DNA of 32,000 nucleotides, from assembly GCA_965224465.1 (NCBI GenBank), contig OZ245049.1, positions 3,270,001 through 3,302,000 of the forward strand, given 5' to 3'. Below the pieces are notes generated by a model that had not been told where the DNA came from, searched no databases, and saw only the letters and a list, made by a program, of their open reading frames with translations. Both the position numbers and the translations under genes were made by a program. Positions 10,314 to 20,263 of the stretch are shown here, piece by piece (position 1 is the first letter of the stretch; each line of letters starts with the position of its first letter). This stretch comes from Flavobacteriaceae bacterium. GTDB taxonomy: Bacteria > Bacteroidota > Bacteroidia > Flavobacteriales > Flavobacteriaceae.

Positions 10314-11051
10314 CTATTTTAACCAATCATATCCTTTTGCTTCTAGTTCTAAAGCCAATTCTTTACCTCCAGATTTTACAATTTTTCCATTGTATAAAAC
10401 ATGTACAAAATCAGGAACTATATATTCTAATAAGCGTTGGTAGTGTGTAATTACAATTACAGCATTGTCTTTACTTCTTAATTTGTTTACCCCGTTTGCA
10501 ACAATTTTTAAGGCATCAATATCCAAACCAGAATCTGTTTCGTCCAAGATGGCTAATTTTGGTTCTAACATCGCCATTTGAAAAATTTCATTACGTTTTT
10601 TTTCTCCTCCAGAAAATCCTTGATTTAAAGAACGGGATAAGAATTTGCGATCCATTTCTAATAAATCTGCTTTTTCACGTATTAATTTCAGCATGTCTTT
10701 TGCTGGAAGTTCTTGTTCTCCTCTCGCTTTTCGACCTTCGTTAATGGCTGTTTTTATAAAATTTGTAACCGTTACTCCAGGGATTTCTATAGGGTATTGG
10801 AAAGATAAAAATATTCCTTTGTGAGCACGTTCTTCTGGTGATAAATCTTCGATGTTTTCATCATTTAAAAAAATGGTTCCATCAGTTACTTCGTATTCTT
10901 CTTTTCCAGCAATTACAGACGCAAGAGTGCTTTTTCCTGATCCGTTTGGTCCCATAATAGCATGTACTTCACCTGCTTTTATGTCTAAGTTAATACCGTT
11001 TAAGATTTCTTTATCTTCAATTCTAGCTTTTAAATTTTCTATTTTTAACAT
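10314..11051 (-). CDS. sufC: Fe-S cluster assembly ATPase SufC
   Basis: Walker A GPNGSGKST, signature FSGGEKKR, Walker B LAILDETDSGLD. Confidence 0.95.
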   Translation of the reverse strand: MLKIENLKARIEDKEILNGINLDIKAGEVHAIMGPNGSGKSTLASVIAGKEEYEVTDGTIFLNDENIEDLSPEERAHKGIFLSFQYPIEIPGVTVTNFIKTAINEGRKARGEQELPAKDMLKLIREKADLLEMDRKFLSRSLNQGFSGGEKKRNEIFQMAMLEPKLAILDETDSGLDIDALKIVANGVNKLRSKDNAVIVITHYQRLLEYIVPDFVHVLYNGKIVKSGGKELALELEAKGYDWLK

Positions 11052-11075
11052 GGTGTTTGCTTAATGGTCGTTATA

Positions 11076-11459
11076 TTATTGTGGAGTGTTTGCTTCTTTC
11101 TTTTCTGTGATAGAAATAAGTTTAGACATTTTGATGACTTGTAAAGTGTCTGTCTGTTTTTTAAGTTTTTCTCCCTTAAATGATACAGTGATACTATTTT
11201 TTCCGAGAAATGCTTTTTCATCTCTTAAAACGGTAAATAAACTGTAGAAATCGTTGTTTTTATATAGTTCGTAAGTACCCGAGGTATCTGTGAAAACGAT
11301 GGTTTTGTTTTCAGGATCATAGCTGGCTTCTCCTTTAAAACTAGCGTGATTTTCAGATGTATTTACAATATGATTGATCGTTTTTATCGTGTTTTTTTGT
11401 GGGGTATTATCACAGCTAATTGCCATGATACAGATAAAGAAGACTGTAATTTGTTTCAT
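11076..11459 (-). CDS. Small hypothetical lipoprotein inserted between sufB and sufC
   Basis: Lipobox-like signal peptide (MKQITVFFICIMAISCDNT). No family recognised. Tightly packed inside the suf operon. Confidence 0.6.
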   Translation of the reverse strand: MKQITVFFICIMAISCDNTPQKNTIKTINHIVNTSENHASFKGEASYDPENKTIVFTDTSGTYELYKNNDFYSLFTVLRDEKAFLGKNSITVSFKGEKLKKQTDTLQVIKMSKLISITEKKEANTPQ

Positions 11460-11481
11460 AATTGATTGTAATTCTATAGCC

Positions 11482-12930
11482 TTAACCTACGCTTCCTTCT
11501 AACGAGATTTCTAGTAATTTTTGTGCTTCTACGGCAAATTCCATCGGTAATTTGTTCAATACTTCTTTGCTAAATCCATTGACAATTAATGCAATTGCCT
11601 TTTCCGTGTCTATCCCTCTTTGATTGCAGTAAAATAATTGGTCTTCTCCAATTTTACTGGTGGTAGCCTCGTGTTCTATTTGTGCCGATGCGGACTTGTT
11701 TTCGATATATGGGAAGGTGTGTGCTCCACATAAATCGCCCATTAGTAAGGAATCACATTGGGTGAAATTCCTTGCATTACTAGCGTTTTTAGCTACTTTT
11801 ACCAATCCACGGTATGAGTTGTGAGAGTGGCCGGCAGAGATTCCTTTGGAGATAATAGTACTACGTGTGTTTTTTCCAAGATGAATCATTTTTGTTCCAG
11901 TATCTGCTTGTTGGTAGTTATTGGTAACAGCGATAGAATAAAATTCTCCAACAGAATAATCACCTTTTAAAATACAACTTGGGTATTTCCAAGTTACGGC
12001 ACTTCCTGTTTCTACTTGTGTCCAAGATATTTTGGAGTGGTTGTGGCAAATTCCTCTTTTTGTAACAAAATTGTATACTCCTCCAATACCTTCACTGTTT
12101 CCAGGATACCAGTTTTGAACAGTAGAGTATTTAATTTCTGCATTGTCCATAGCTATTAATTCTACAACGGCAGCATGCAATTGATTTTCGTCACGAGATG
12201 GAGCGGTACATCCTTCCAAATAACTGACAAAACTTCCTTCGTCTGCAATGACTAAGGTGCGTTCAAACTGACCCGTACCTCCTTCGTTAATTCTAAAATA
12301 AGTAGAAAGTTCCATTGGGCAGCTTACGCCTTTAGGAATGTAACAAAAAGATCCATCTGAAAATACAGCAGAATTTAATGCGGCATAGAAATTATCCGTT
12401 TTTGGAACCACACTTCCCATGTATTTTCTTACCAGTTCTGGATGTTCTTGAATGGCTTCAGAAATCGGCATAAAGATAATTCCTTTTTCCGCCAATGTCT
12501 TTTTAAAAGTAGTGGCTACAGATACAGAATCTATGACGATATCCATGGCTACATTGCTCAATCGTTTTTGCTCGTCAATAGAAATACCAAGTTTTTCAAA
12601 CGTTTTTAGCAATTCTGGATCTACATCATCCAAACTATCCAATGTCTTTTTTTGAATAGGTGCAGAGTAGTAACTCAATGCTTGAAAATCTGGTTTTTTA
12701 TAATTGACATTGGCCCAATCTGGTTCTTCCATTTTTTTCCAAATTCTAAAAGCATCCAAGCGCCAATCAGTCATCCATTGTGGCTCGTTTTTCTTTTTAG
12801 AAATGGCAATTACAATGTCTTCATTTAAACCCGCAGGAAATTTATCTGCTTCTATATCAGTATAAAAACCATACTCGTATTCTTGGGTTTCAAGTTCTTT
12901 TTTTAAATCGTCTTCTGTATACTTACTCAT
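11482..12930 (-). CDS. sufB: Fe-S cluster assembly protein SufB
   Basis: Highly conserved SufB sequence. The ATG at 12930 ([14 protein letters not shown]) gives 482 aa, and the ORF-track start at 12981 adds an implausible extension. Confidence 0.95.
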   Translation of the reverse strand: MSKYTEDDLKKELETQEYEYGFYTDIEADKFPAGLNEDIVIAISKKKNEPQWMTDWRLDAFRIWKKMEEPDWANVNYKKPDFQALSYYSAPIQKKTLDSLDDVDPELLKTFEKLGISIDEQKRLSNVAMDIVIDSVSVATTFKKTLAEKGIIFMPISEAIQEHPELVRKYMGSVVPKTDNFYAALNSAVFSDGSFCYIPKGVSCPMELSTYFRINEGGTGQFERTLVIADEGSFVSYLEGCTAPSRDENQLHAAVVELIAMDNAEIKYSTVQNWYPGNSEGIGGVYNFVTKRGICHNHSKISWTQVETGSAVTWKYPSCILKGDYSVGEFYSIAVTNNYQQADTGTKMIHLGKNTRSTIISKGISAGHSHNSYRGLVKVAKNASNARNFTQCDSLLMGDLCGAHTFPYIENKSASAQIEHEATTSKIGEDQLFYCNQRGIDTEKAIALIVNGFSKEVLNKLPMEFAVEAQKLLEISLEGSVG

Positions 12931-13076
12931 AAGTGACTGTTCAAAAGATACGCAGGTAGGTATTTGTTTTAAGAAAAACATACCCTATGAATCTTATTAT
13001 GTTACAACTTTAAACTTCGTTTAAAATTTATAATTAGCTAATTGTTTTTTACCCTATCAAGGGATGTCTCTTTTCT

Positions 13077-13406
13077 TTACAAAGAAAAACTCTCTCCACA
13101 CCCACACGTTCTGTTGGCATTAGGATTGTTAAAAACAAATCCTGTTCCATTGAGTCCTCCTGAAAACTCCAAGGTAGTACCCGCTAAGTAAAGAAAGCTT
13201 TTTTTGTCTACAATAATTTTTACACCATTGTCTTCGAAAAGCTTATCTTCTTCATTCTTAGAATGGTCAAATTTTAAATCATATGATAGTCCTGAACAAC
13301 CACCACTTTTAACTCCTACACGGACAAAATCCGTTTCGGAATTAAAACCTTCTTCGGTCATTAATTCTACCACTTTCTTTTTTGCTATATCTGAAACTTT
13401 TATCAT
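13077..13406 (-). CDS. sufA: A-type Fe-S carrier (HesB/IscA/SufA family), first gene of the suf operon
   Basis: 109 aa with a conserved Cys in GGCSG and the C-terminal CGCGESF motif. Confidence 0.88.
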   Translation of the reverse strand: MIKVSDIAKKKVVELMTEEGFNSETDFVRVGVKSGGCSGLSYDLKFDHSKNEEDKLFEDNGVKIIVDKKSFLYLAGTTLEFSGGLNGTGFVFNNPNANRTCGCGESFSL

Positions 13407-13443
13407 TTTTTTAAAGGCGCTTTAATTCAATATTACAGGCTTA

Positions 13444-13451
13444 CAAAGATA
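13444..13451 (-). promoter_or_regulatory. Candidate -7 box (TATCTTTG on minus strand) for the suf operon
   Basis: The plus strand reads caaagata. It lies about 38 nt upstream of the sufA ATG. Confidence 0.35.
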
Positions 13452-13822
13452 CGGTTAAATATGACAAATATCATAAAAACTATATTGAGTCGTCCTATGC
13501 GATGATAGATAGATTTTATATTACAAAAGTACGTTATTTGACTGGTTTTTCAAACAACATTTTTTACTTATAAAAATACATTTTTTACACGATAAACATC
13601 TAGTAATTAATGTATTGTAGTTTTATTTAGGTATAAGTGATTCGTGTAGTTGCTTTTTGGATGTGTTTTTTTTACACTGAATTTGCATCATTTATTTCTT
13701 GATTAATGGTTGGGATATTGTTTTTTTTTAGTGTAATCATCTAAAATATAAATGTTTTTTTAGGTGTAAACTTCTTCTTTTACTGTTGTGGTTCAGGAGT
13801 AGGAGTTGTTCAAATTTGGGGG

Positions 13823-13987
13823 TAATAACACGAATTACTATCCAAAATAATCGAGATAAATAGGCTGTTTTACGTTTTAGCGTTGTTAAAAAATAGGACG
13901 AGAAAGGCTATCCTTTGGTTTTTCGCCTAGCTAAAACACACAATTATTCCATTTCAAAACCGTCACTTGGAAATGTGTTTGGTACAA
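13823..13987 (+). repeat. MITE-like intergenic repeat, copy A (most diverged)
   Basis: Aligns along its length with copies C, D and E (..aattactatccaaaataatcg...ccgtcacttggaaatgtgtttggtac). Lies between the suf promoter region and thiL. Confidence 0.75.
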
Positions 13988-14124
13988 GTGTTTTTTTTAA
14001 ACTCAAAACGAGTTGTTTTAAGAAGTGTAAAATCCGATTTATTATTACTATTGGAATTGTTTTAACGTGAAGTGAGCTGGTTTTTATATGCTTTTCCCAA
14101 GGCTGTGAAATCAGATGGAATATG

Positions 14125-14132
14125 TATCTTTG
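14125..14132 (+). promoter_or_regulatory. Candidate -7 box TATCTTTG for thiL
   Basis: Exact TAnnTTTG match ending 4 nt before the ATG at 14137. Confidence 0.4.
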
Positions 14133-14136
14133 CTCC

Positions 14137-15183
14137 ATGTTAGAAAATAAAAATCAAAGCCGTACAAGTTTGTCTGAATTGGGTGAGTTTGGTCTGATAG
14201 ATCATTTGACTTCAGGGTTTAAAAATAAACAAAAAACGACTGTTCAAGGCGTTGGAGATGATGCTGCAGTACTAGAAAGTACTAAGAATCAACTCCTTGT
14301 TACTACCGATTTGTTGGTGGAAGGGGTGCATTTTGATTTAGGATATATGCCGCTTAAGCACTTGGGATACAAGGCGATAGTTGTGAATTTGTCGGATGTG
14401 TATGCTATGAATGGAGAAGCGAGACAGGTAACAGTGTCTATCGCCGTTTCCAACCGGTTTACCTTGGAGGCTTTGGAGGAATTATATGCAGGAATTCAAT
14501 TGGCTTGTGATTTGTATGATGTAGATTTGATAGGAGGTGATACGACTTCTTCTAAAACGGGTTTGTTGATTAGTGTGACCGCAATTGGAGAAGCTAAAAA
14601 GGAAAATGTAACCTATAGAAATGGTGCTAAAGAAGGAGATTTATTAGTGGTTACAGGCGATTTAGGTGCTGCGTATTTGGGCTTGCAAGTATTGGAGCGT
14701 GAAAAACAAGTGTTTGCAGTAAACCCAAACGAGCAACCTGATTTAGAAAAATATACATATTTAATAGAGCGTCAGTTAAAACCTGAAGCTAGGAAAGATA
14801 TCCCTGAATTGCTAGGGAAGTTAGACGTAAAACCTACCAGTATGATAGATATATCTGATGGATTATCGTCGGAGATTTTGCACTTATGTAAGCAGTCTCA
14901 TGTAGGGTGTAATTTATACGAGGATAAAATTCCGTTAGATCCTCAAGTAATTGCTACTTGTGAGGAGTTTGAATTAAATAGTACGACTATTGCATTGAGT
15001 GGAGGAGAGGATTACGAGCTGTTGTTTACGATTTCGGCAGATGATTATCCGAAAATCAAGGCGAACCCTAGCTTGACAGTTATTGGACATATGACCGAAC
15101 AAAACGAGGGCGTAAATTTGATAACAAGAGCAGATCAAAAAATTGTATTGACAGCCCAAGGATGGAATCCTATAAAAGGCTAA
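14137..15183 (+). CDS. thiL: Thiamine-monophosphate kinase ThiL
   Basis: AIR-synthase-related fold with motifs GDDAAV and GGDTT. 348 aa from the ATG at 14137. The upstream ATG at 14122 lies inside the predicted -7 box. Confidence 0.85.
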   Translation: MLENKNQSRTSLSELGEFGLIDHLTSGFKNKQKTTVQGVGDDAAVLESTKNQLLVTTDLLVEGVHFDLGYMPLKHLGYKAIVVNLSDVYAMNGEARQVTVSIAVSNRFTLEALEELYAGIQLACDLYDVDLIGGDTTSSKTGLLISVTAIGEAKKENVTYRNGAKEGDLLVVTGDLGAAYLGLQVLEREKQVFAVNPNEQPDLEKYTYLIERQLKPEARKDIPELLGKLDVKPTSMIDISDGLSSEILHLCKQSHVGCNLYEDKIPLDPQVIATCEEFELNSTTIALSGGEDYELLFTISADDYPKIKANPSLTVIGHMTEQNEGVNLITRADQKIVLTAQGWNPIKG

Positions 15184-15195
15184 AGTTTTAAGGGG

Positions 15196-15233
15196 GAGAA
15201 CGTTTTTTGGAGGTTGTTCTCTAACTGTTTTTT
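15196..15233 (+). terminator. Possible thiL terminator
   Basis: gagaac (15196-15201) pairs with gttctc (15216-15221), with a T-run at 15227-15233. The loop is long, so this call is weak. Confidence 0.35.
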
Positions 15234-15257
15234 ATGTTGATTGAGTAAGTGATTAAT

Positions 15258-15265
15258 TAGATTTG
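15258..15265 (+). promoter_or_regulatory. Candidate -7 box TAGATTTG for the 121-aa ORF
   Basis: Exact TAnnTTTG match ending 4 nt before the ATG at 15270. Confidence 0.4.
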
Positions 15266-15269
15266 ATTT

Positions 15270-15635
15270 ATGGGGTTTGATTTAAAATGGGATAAAGACG
15301 ATGTCTATATAAGATTCTATGGGAGCTTGGTTTTACAAGATCTTTTAGAGGCAAATGGCTTGATTTATGGAGACATCCGATTTGATGTTATGATTTTTCA
15401 AATCGCTGATTTTACAGCTGTCGAATGTGTAGATTTATCCAGTGAAGATGCTAAAATAATTACGACATTGGAACTTAGGGCAACGCATTGGAATAGAGAA
15501 GTTACCGTGGTTCATGTAACAAAACATCCGGAGTTAAAACATCTTTTAGGTGTGTATAAAAAAGGGATGGAGCCTACCAATTGGAGTATCGAAATTGTCG
15601 ACACTTTGGAAGAAGCAGAAAAAATGAAAAAATAG
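15270..15635 (+). CDS. Hypothetical 121-aa cytoplasmic protein (family not recognised)
   Basis: Clean ATG ORF with its own promoter box and a strong downstream terminator. No motif I can name with confidence. Confidence 0.6.
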   Translation: MGFDLKWDKDDVYIRFYGSLVLQDLLEANGLIYGDIRFDVMIFQIADFTAVECVDLSSEDAKIITTLELRATHWNREVTVVHVTKHPELKHLLGVYKKGMEPTNWSIEIVDTLEEAEKMKK

Positions 15636-15644
15636 GGCTAGAAT

Positions 15645-15688
15645 GCGTTCAAAACGACTAATACCAGTTGTTTTGAACGCGTTTTATT
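15645..15688 (+). terminator. Rho-independent terminator of the 121-aa ORF
   Basis: gcgttcaaaac (15645-15655) pairs with gttttgaacgc (15670-15680), followed by gttttatt. Confidence 0.6.
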
Positions 15689-15692
15689 GCTT

Positions 15693-15816
15693 TTATTCCA
15701 ACAACAATCCAAAATGATCGATATAAATAGTTTATCTTACGTTGTTAAAAAACAGAACGATAGCTAAGACTATCCTTCAATTTCTAAACCATCACTTGGA
15801 AATGTAGTTGGTATTA
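15693..15816 (+). repeat. MITE-like intergenic repeat, copy B (two internal deletions)
   Basis: Shares both ends and the core ttgttaaaaaacagaacgatagcta with copies C-E. It lacks the segments ttttagcg and ..ctccgtctagctaaaacaaaaaatagttcc. It ends 7 nt from the hydrolase stop codon. Confidence 0.75.
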
Positions 15817-15823
15817 CTTCAAG

Positions 15824-16606
15824 TTATGAACCAATAAATTGTACGAGTAGTACGAGTAGTTTTTCTTTGTTTTCTATATGACTCATATGCCCACCGTCTA
15901 AAATTTTAATTGGGATATCAGTATTCTTATAAATTTCTAATTGAGAATTCAGTACTAATACAGGGTCTTCTCTTCCTAAAATCACTAATTTTTTAAAAGT
16001 AGATTTAAAATAAAAATCAGTGTAATTATTCCTTATTTTCATGCCTTCGGTTGCTGCGATTGCTCCTTGTTTACTGGTCGTTAAAGCCTCTGTAATTACC
16101 TGATCTATTTCTAAACTAAAAGATGTTTTTGAGTCTTTGGAAAATAAATTTGGAATGGCAATTTTTATAAAAGTTTTAAGCTGTTGTTTGAGCGCAATAA
16201 CGGCTCGGTTTCTATGGATTACTTTTTCAGCGGAATCATTGAGGACGGTTGTATTTAACAAGCATATTCCCTTGGTGTTTTTAGGGAATAAATCGGCAAA
16301 TGCTAGGGCGACATAGCCTCCCATACTATGCCCAATAATTATTGATTTTCTTATTTTTAAGGAGTCTAAAACGGCTTTGACACTAGAAGCCATAGCGTTC
16401 ATACTGTGGATATATCCTTGGTTTTCACTGTTTCCATGTCCTAATAAATCGATACAGATTACACGATTTTTTTTTGCTAAAACACTGCTTATGTCATGCC
16501 ACATCGTTTTGTTTTCTAAGAATCCATGAAGCAATACCACGCTGCTTCCTTTGCCTTGTTGGTAAAAAGAAATACGTGTGTTTTTATAAGTTATCTGTTC
16601 TTGCAT
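15824..16606 (-). CDS. Alpha/beta hydrolase fold protein
   Basis: HG oxyanion motif (VVLLHGF) and nucleophile elbow GHSMGG. The ATG at 16606 is preferred over the GTG at 16621. Last gene of the kinase-regulator operon. Confidence 0.8.
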   Translation of the reverse strand: MQEQITYKNTRISFYQQGKGSSVVLLHGFLENKTMWHDISSVLAKKNRVICIDLLGHGNSENQGYIHSMNAMASSVKAVLDSLKIRKSIIIGHSMGGYVALAFADLFPKNTKGICLLNTTVLNDSAEKVIHRNRAVIALKQQLKTFIKIAIPNLFSKDSKTSFSLEIDQVITEALTTSKQGAIAATEGMKIRNNYTDFYFKSTFKKLVILGREDPVLVLNSQLEIYKNTDIPIKILDGGHMSHIENKEKLLVLLVQFIGS

Positions 16607-16637
16607 GCTGTAAAGATACACTTAAGAAAACATCGAT

Positions 16638-17252
16638 TTAAGGAATAATTAAATTATTAGTAATTCCAAAACGAATCAATTCGATGTTGTTTTTAGCATT
16701 TGCTTTGCTAAATAATTGTTGTTTATGTGATTTTAATGTAGATAGACTGATATGTAATTGGTTGGCTATTTCTTTTTCTGTTGAGTGATCGTAAATGGCT
16801 TGTAATATTTCCAATTGCCTCGTTGTGTAGTGCTCGTTTACTACGAAGTGTTTTTTACTAATGGAATGTTCTTGATGCTGACAGTGTATTTTTTTAATGG
16901 TAGTTGGAAATAGATTAAAATCATCGTCTTTTCCTATAAAACCAGCTGCACCTTCTTTAAATGCAGCATCGCGGATAAAGCTATTGTTTAAGGTGCTTAA
17001 CATAATTAATGTAAAATCTTTTTTTAAGGATTTTAAAGTATTAATATGATCAATGGAACTCTCTCCACAGAAATTTACATCGAGTAAAAGTATATTAAAA
17101 AAGCAAGATTTAACCTGTTCTATGGTATCTTGGATACTCGTGCATTTTGCGATAACTTCTATGTTCTCTTGATTGTCTAGGTGTTTTGCCAATGCCTCAA
17201 CAAAAAAATGATTATCATCAGAAATTATTATTTTATATAGATTTTGTGCCAT
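16638..17252 (-). CDS. Two-component response regulator, NarL/LuxR (HTH) family
   Basis: Receiver domain (IIISDDN, LLLDVNF, GFIGKD) plus a C-terminal LuxR-type HTH (TTRQLEILQAIYDHSTEKEIANQLHISLSTLKSHK). Its start overlaps the kinase stop by 20 nt. Confidence 0.85.
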   Translation of the reverse strand: MAQNLYKIIISDDNHFFVEALAKHLDNQENIEVIAKCTSIQDTIEQVKSCFFNILLLDVNFCGESSIDHINTLKSLKKDFTLIMLSTLNNSFIRDAAFKEGAAGFIGKDDDFNLFPTTIKKIHCQHQEHSISKKHFVVNEHYTTRQLEILQAIYDHSTEKEIANQLHISLSTLKSHKQQLFSKANAKNNIELIRFGITNNLIIP

Positions 17253-17891
17253 GGATAGGTATGTTTATAGTTATAGTGCTTCCTTTCTTTTTTGAGGATT
17301 TTATATCAAAGGTTCCATTTAAAAAAAGACTTCTTTTTTCAACGGATTTTAGACCAAAAGAATTGTTTCTAACTTTATTTTTTTCAAACCCTTTTCCATG
17401 GTCTGAGACCACTAATTGTAAGGTGTTTTTTAAGACCATTATATAGACGTTAATGTTTTCAGTTTTGGCATGTTTAATAGCGTTTGTAACTAGCTCTGAA
17501 GTTATTTTGTAAATATTCATACAGGTACTTTCTGGTAACAGAATATTTTGTAATTGAACAATTGGGCTTATTTTTATTTGAGTGAGTTCTTGCATTTTAT
17601 AGCAATATTCTAAAATGCTGTGTTTAAAATTATCAGCTGTAATATTAGGTGCGTATAAACTATTTAAAAGGACTCTGTAATCTTTAGAAAATGCATCCAT
17701 TATTTGGTTAATGTTTTTCTCATCGCTAGGGTCGTTCATTAAGTTTATTTTTAAGGCAGTTATATATCCGCCAAAAGAATCATGGACATCATTTACCAAT
17801 CTTGCACGTTCTTGGTCTTGAATTTTAAACAAATTGGATTGAAAATCGTTTTTTAATTGGATGTTTTCCTTTGCAAGTTTTATAGATAATA
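17233..17891 (-). pseudogene. C-terminal fragment (HisKA_3 and HATPase_c domains) of the IS30-disrupted sensor histidine kinase
   Basis: H-box ERARLVNDVHDSFGG, N-box TNAIKHA, G-boxes DHGKGF and FGLKSV. The frame stays open upstream of the TTG at 17832 right up to the IS30 boundary at 17891. Confidence 0.8.
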
Positions 17892-19016
17892 GCTGAATTC
17901 AAGTCACAAACGCAACTTTTAGTTAAATAATAATTGTTCCATTACAAATATAGGGTTTTGATATTTATGTCTCTTCCTAGGTCTGTTATTTAATTTTGTT
18001 TCTACCTCTTTGATTCTTTGATCTGTTAGGTTTGTAAAGTCACTTCCTTTGGCAAAATATTGTCTAATCAAACCATTTAAATTTTCGTTAGATCCTCTTT
18101 CCCAAGAGTGATATGGATGCGCAAAAAAGTAATCAATACATAAATTTTCTGCAACCTGCTCATGGCCTGCAAATTCTTTTCCATTATCAGCTGTTATAGT
18201 ATGTAGATAAGGCTTCCAGTCTTCTAATATTTCATTGATAGCTTTAGTGACAACAACTGCTTCTTTAGAGCTTACTTTTTTCATTTTAAGCATTCCAGAA
18301 GCTCTATCATTTACGGTAAGTATGGCTTGATTATGGTTTTTACCTATGATTAAATCGACCTCTAAATCTCCAAATCGATTTCTTTGTTCAACAACTTCAG
18401 GGCGTTGTTCTATACTAATACGATTCTTTATAACCCCTCTAGAATCCTTTGATGAGCCACGTTTTCTATATCTCCTTCCCTGTCTGCGAAGGTGTGTATG
18501 TAAATCACCATCATTCCTCTTGTCTTCCCTAATATGCTGATATATACGCTCAATAGACACCGTTTCTTTACCTTGTTTTTTTAGGACACCAACTACTTGC
18601 TCAGGACTATAATCGTCTCGCAATAACAACTCTATTGCTTGTTGAATATCTTCTGTAAAGCGTTTTCTTTTAGGCTTTTCTTTATGACGTTTAGCATACT
18701 TTTTTTGGGCTAATTCATGCTTGTAAACTCCATTTCTTTTGTCTGAATTACGCTTAATCTCTTTGCTAATAACAGACTTGTCTTTTCCTATAGCAGCTGC
18801 TATCTCAACCTGTTTATAACCTTGTTTTAACATGCAACAAATTGTGTATCTTTGCGCTTGGGTGATGTGTTTCATACAACTTCTTTTTTCGAGATTTGAG
18901 ACCGTAAGATACATATCCATCAAGACAAGAAAGGTAGGTTTTCCTACTTTTCTGTTTTGAAAATATAACCATCATAGAATCAAATCGAAAAGTTGCGTTT
19001 ATTAGTTGAATTTAAG
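17892..19016 (-). mobile_element. IS30-family insertion sequence, copy 1 (1125 bp)
   Basis: Imperfect ~26-bp terminal inverted repeats (gctgaattcaagtcacaaacgcaactttt / aaaagttgcgtttattagttgaatttaag). Flanked by a 3-bp direct repeat ATA (17889-17891 and 19017-19019). By eye, identical to copy 2. Confidence 0.9.
17919..18875 (-). CDS. IS30-family transposase (DDE)
   Basis: N-terminal HTH (MKHITQAQRYTICCMLKQGYKQVEIAAAIGKDKSVISKEIKRN) and a DDE integrase core (DLEVDLI..., ITADNGKEF, WERGSNENLNGLIRQY). The ATG at 18875 is the likely start. Confidence 0.9.
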   Translation of the reverse strand: MKHITQAQRYTICCMLKQGYKQVEIAAAIGKDKSVISKEIKRNSDKRNGVYKHELAQKKYAKRHKEKPKRKRFTEDIQQAIELLLRDDYSPEQVVGVLKKQGKETVSIERIYQHIREDKRNDGDLHTHLRRQGRRYRKRGSSKDSRGVIKNRISIEQRPEVVEQRNRFGDLEVDLIIGKNHNQAILTVNDRASGMLKMKKVSSKEAVVVTKAINEILEDWKPYLHTITADNGKEFAGHEQVAENLCIDYFFAHPYHSWERGSNENLNGLIRQYFAKGSDFTNLTDQRIKEVETKLNNRPRKRHKYQNPIFVMEQLLFN

Positions 19017-20187
19017 ATACTTTTCCTTTGACAACCTCACTTATAATATAATAGGTTACAAGGACTATTTCTAAGGTGATAAAAATATAGAATATATTAT
19101 CGATGATTAGCGTAGAAAAAACACTTAAGTCAAAAGGAGGGTTGTAAAAGGGGTGCCATAGTACACCTATTACTGGTAAGGAAAATGAAATCCCTAAATA
19201 TGTAGGGATGGATTTTTTAACTACTAGTATCCAGTGTATTATAAAGAATGCAACTACAAATAATTTTAAAGCAATCCATATTGATATATATAAATAAGGC
19301 ATTCCTCCTGCCATATATTTGTATAAATAAATAGATAATAAGAACCCTGTAAGTATGCTTATGTATTTAAAAATTTGGCGGTATACGAGTGTTGATTGGG
19401 TGTATTTGTAAAAATGCATAAAAAACAAACTTGCAGTAAAGGTAGCAGCTGTTTGTGAAAGGCTACGGATATTGTGAATTAAAAAAGAGGACTCATTCCA
19501 TAAGTATTGAATCCCTATCCCTTTGGCAGCGAGGTATTCTATCATGATAAATAGAATGTAAATAGCATACCATAGTAAACTGTTTTTTTGCTGTATTAAA
19601 GATAAAAATACAATAATCAAGAGTAGTGAACATAAAAAGGATAAATATATCCCTGTGCTAAAATAGTCAAATTGTGTTTTGTTTAGAAAATCGTTGTGTG
19701 ATAGCAATTCCATTTTTAGCCTAGTTCTAGGCTCGTTATCTTTTATCTTTATAAATACAGAAAAGGATTCTGTGCTTTTAGATATTTTCCATGTAGGGTA
19801 TCGGTAAAAAATAGTTTTAAACGGGAATTTTTTATCGTAGCTAACTTGGTGTAGCTCTTTAAGGAAGGTTGGAGTTTTTATATAAACCTTGGCATAATGT
19901 AAATACACATTTTCAATAATCAAATAGTGTGATTCGTTGAAGGAATCTAATTTTAAATGAATCCAAAAAGCACTGTTTTTATCTAGTTTTTGATATGTCT
20001 TATTCTTTAATGTGGAGGTGAAAAGACCGCTTTTTTGTAGGCGTAAGATTTCTTGAATACCTAACGAATCACGTGCGTCTCTATAAATATTTATTTGCGT
20101 GTTCTTTAAAGATGATTTTGAACAGGATTGTCCGAAGATAAGACAGATTGTGTATATGATTATTCGGATAGCATGAATTTTGAACAT
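19012..20187 (-). pseudogene. N-terminal fragment (7TMR-DISM extracellular and 7-TM sensor module) of the IS30-disrupted histidine kinase
   Basis: Signal peptide, an extracytoplasmic domain of about 150 aa, then seven hydrophobic helices. The stop codon at 19012-19014 is supplied by the IS30 terminus. Confidence 0.75.
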
Positions 20188-20263
20188 AAGATAATTTTAA
20201 CAATAAGCATACTTAAGTATCAGGAGAATACTAAGTGAACTCAATAGTTTTAGCGATTATTAA

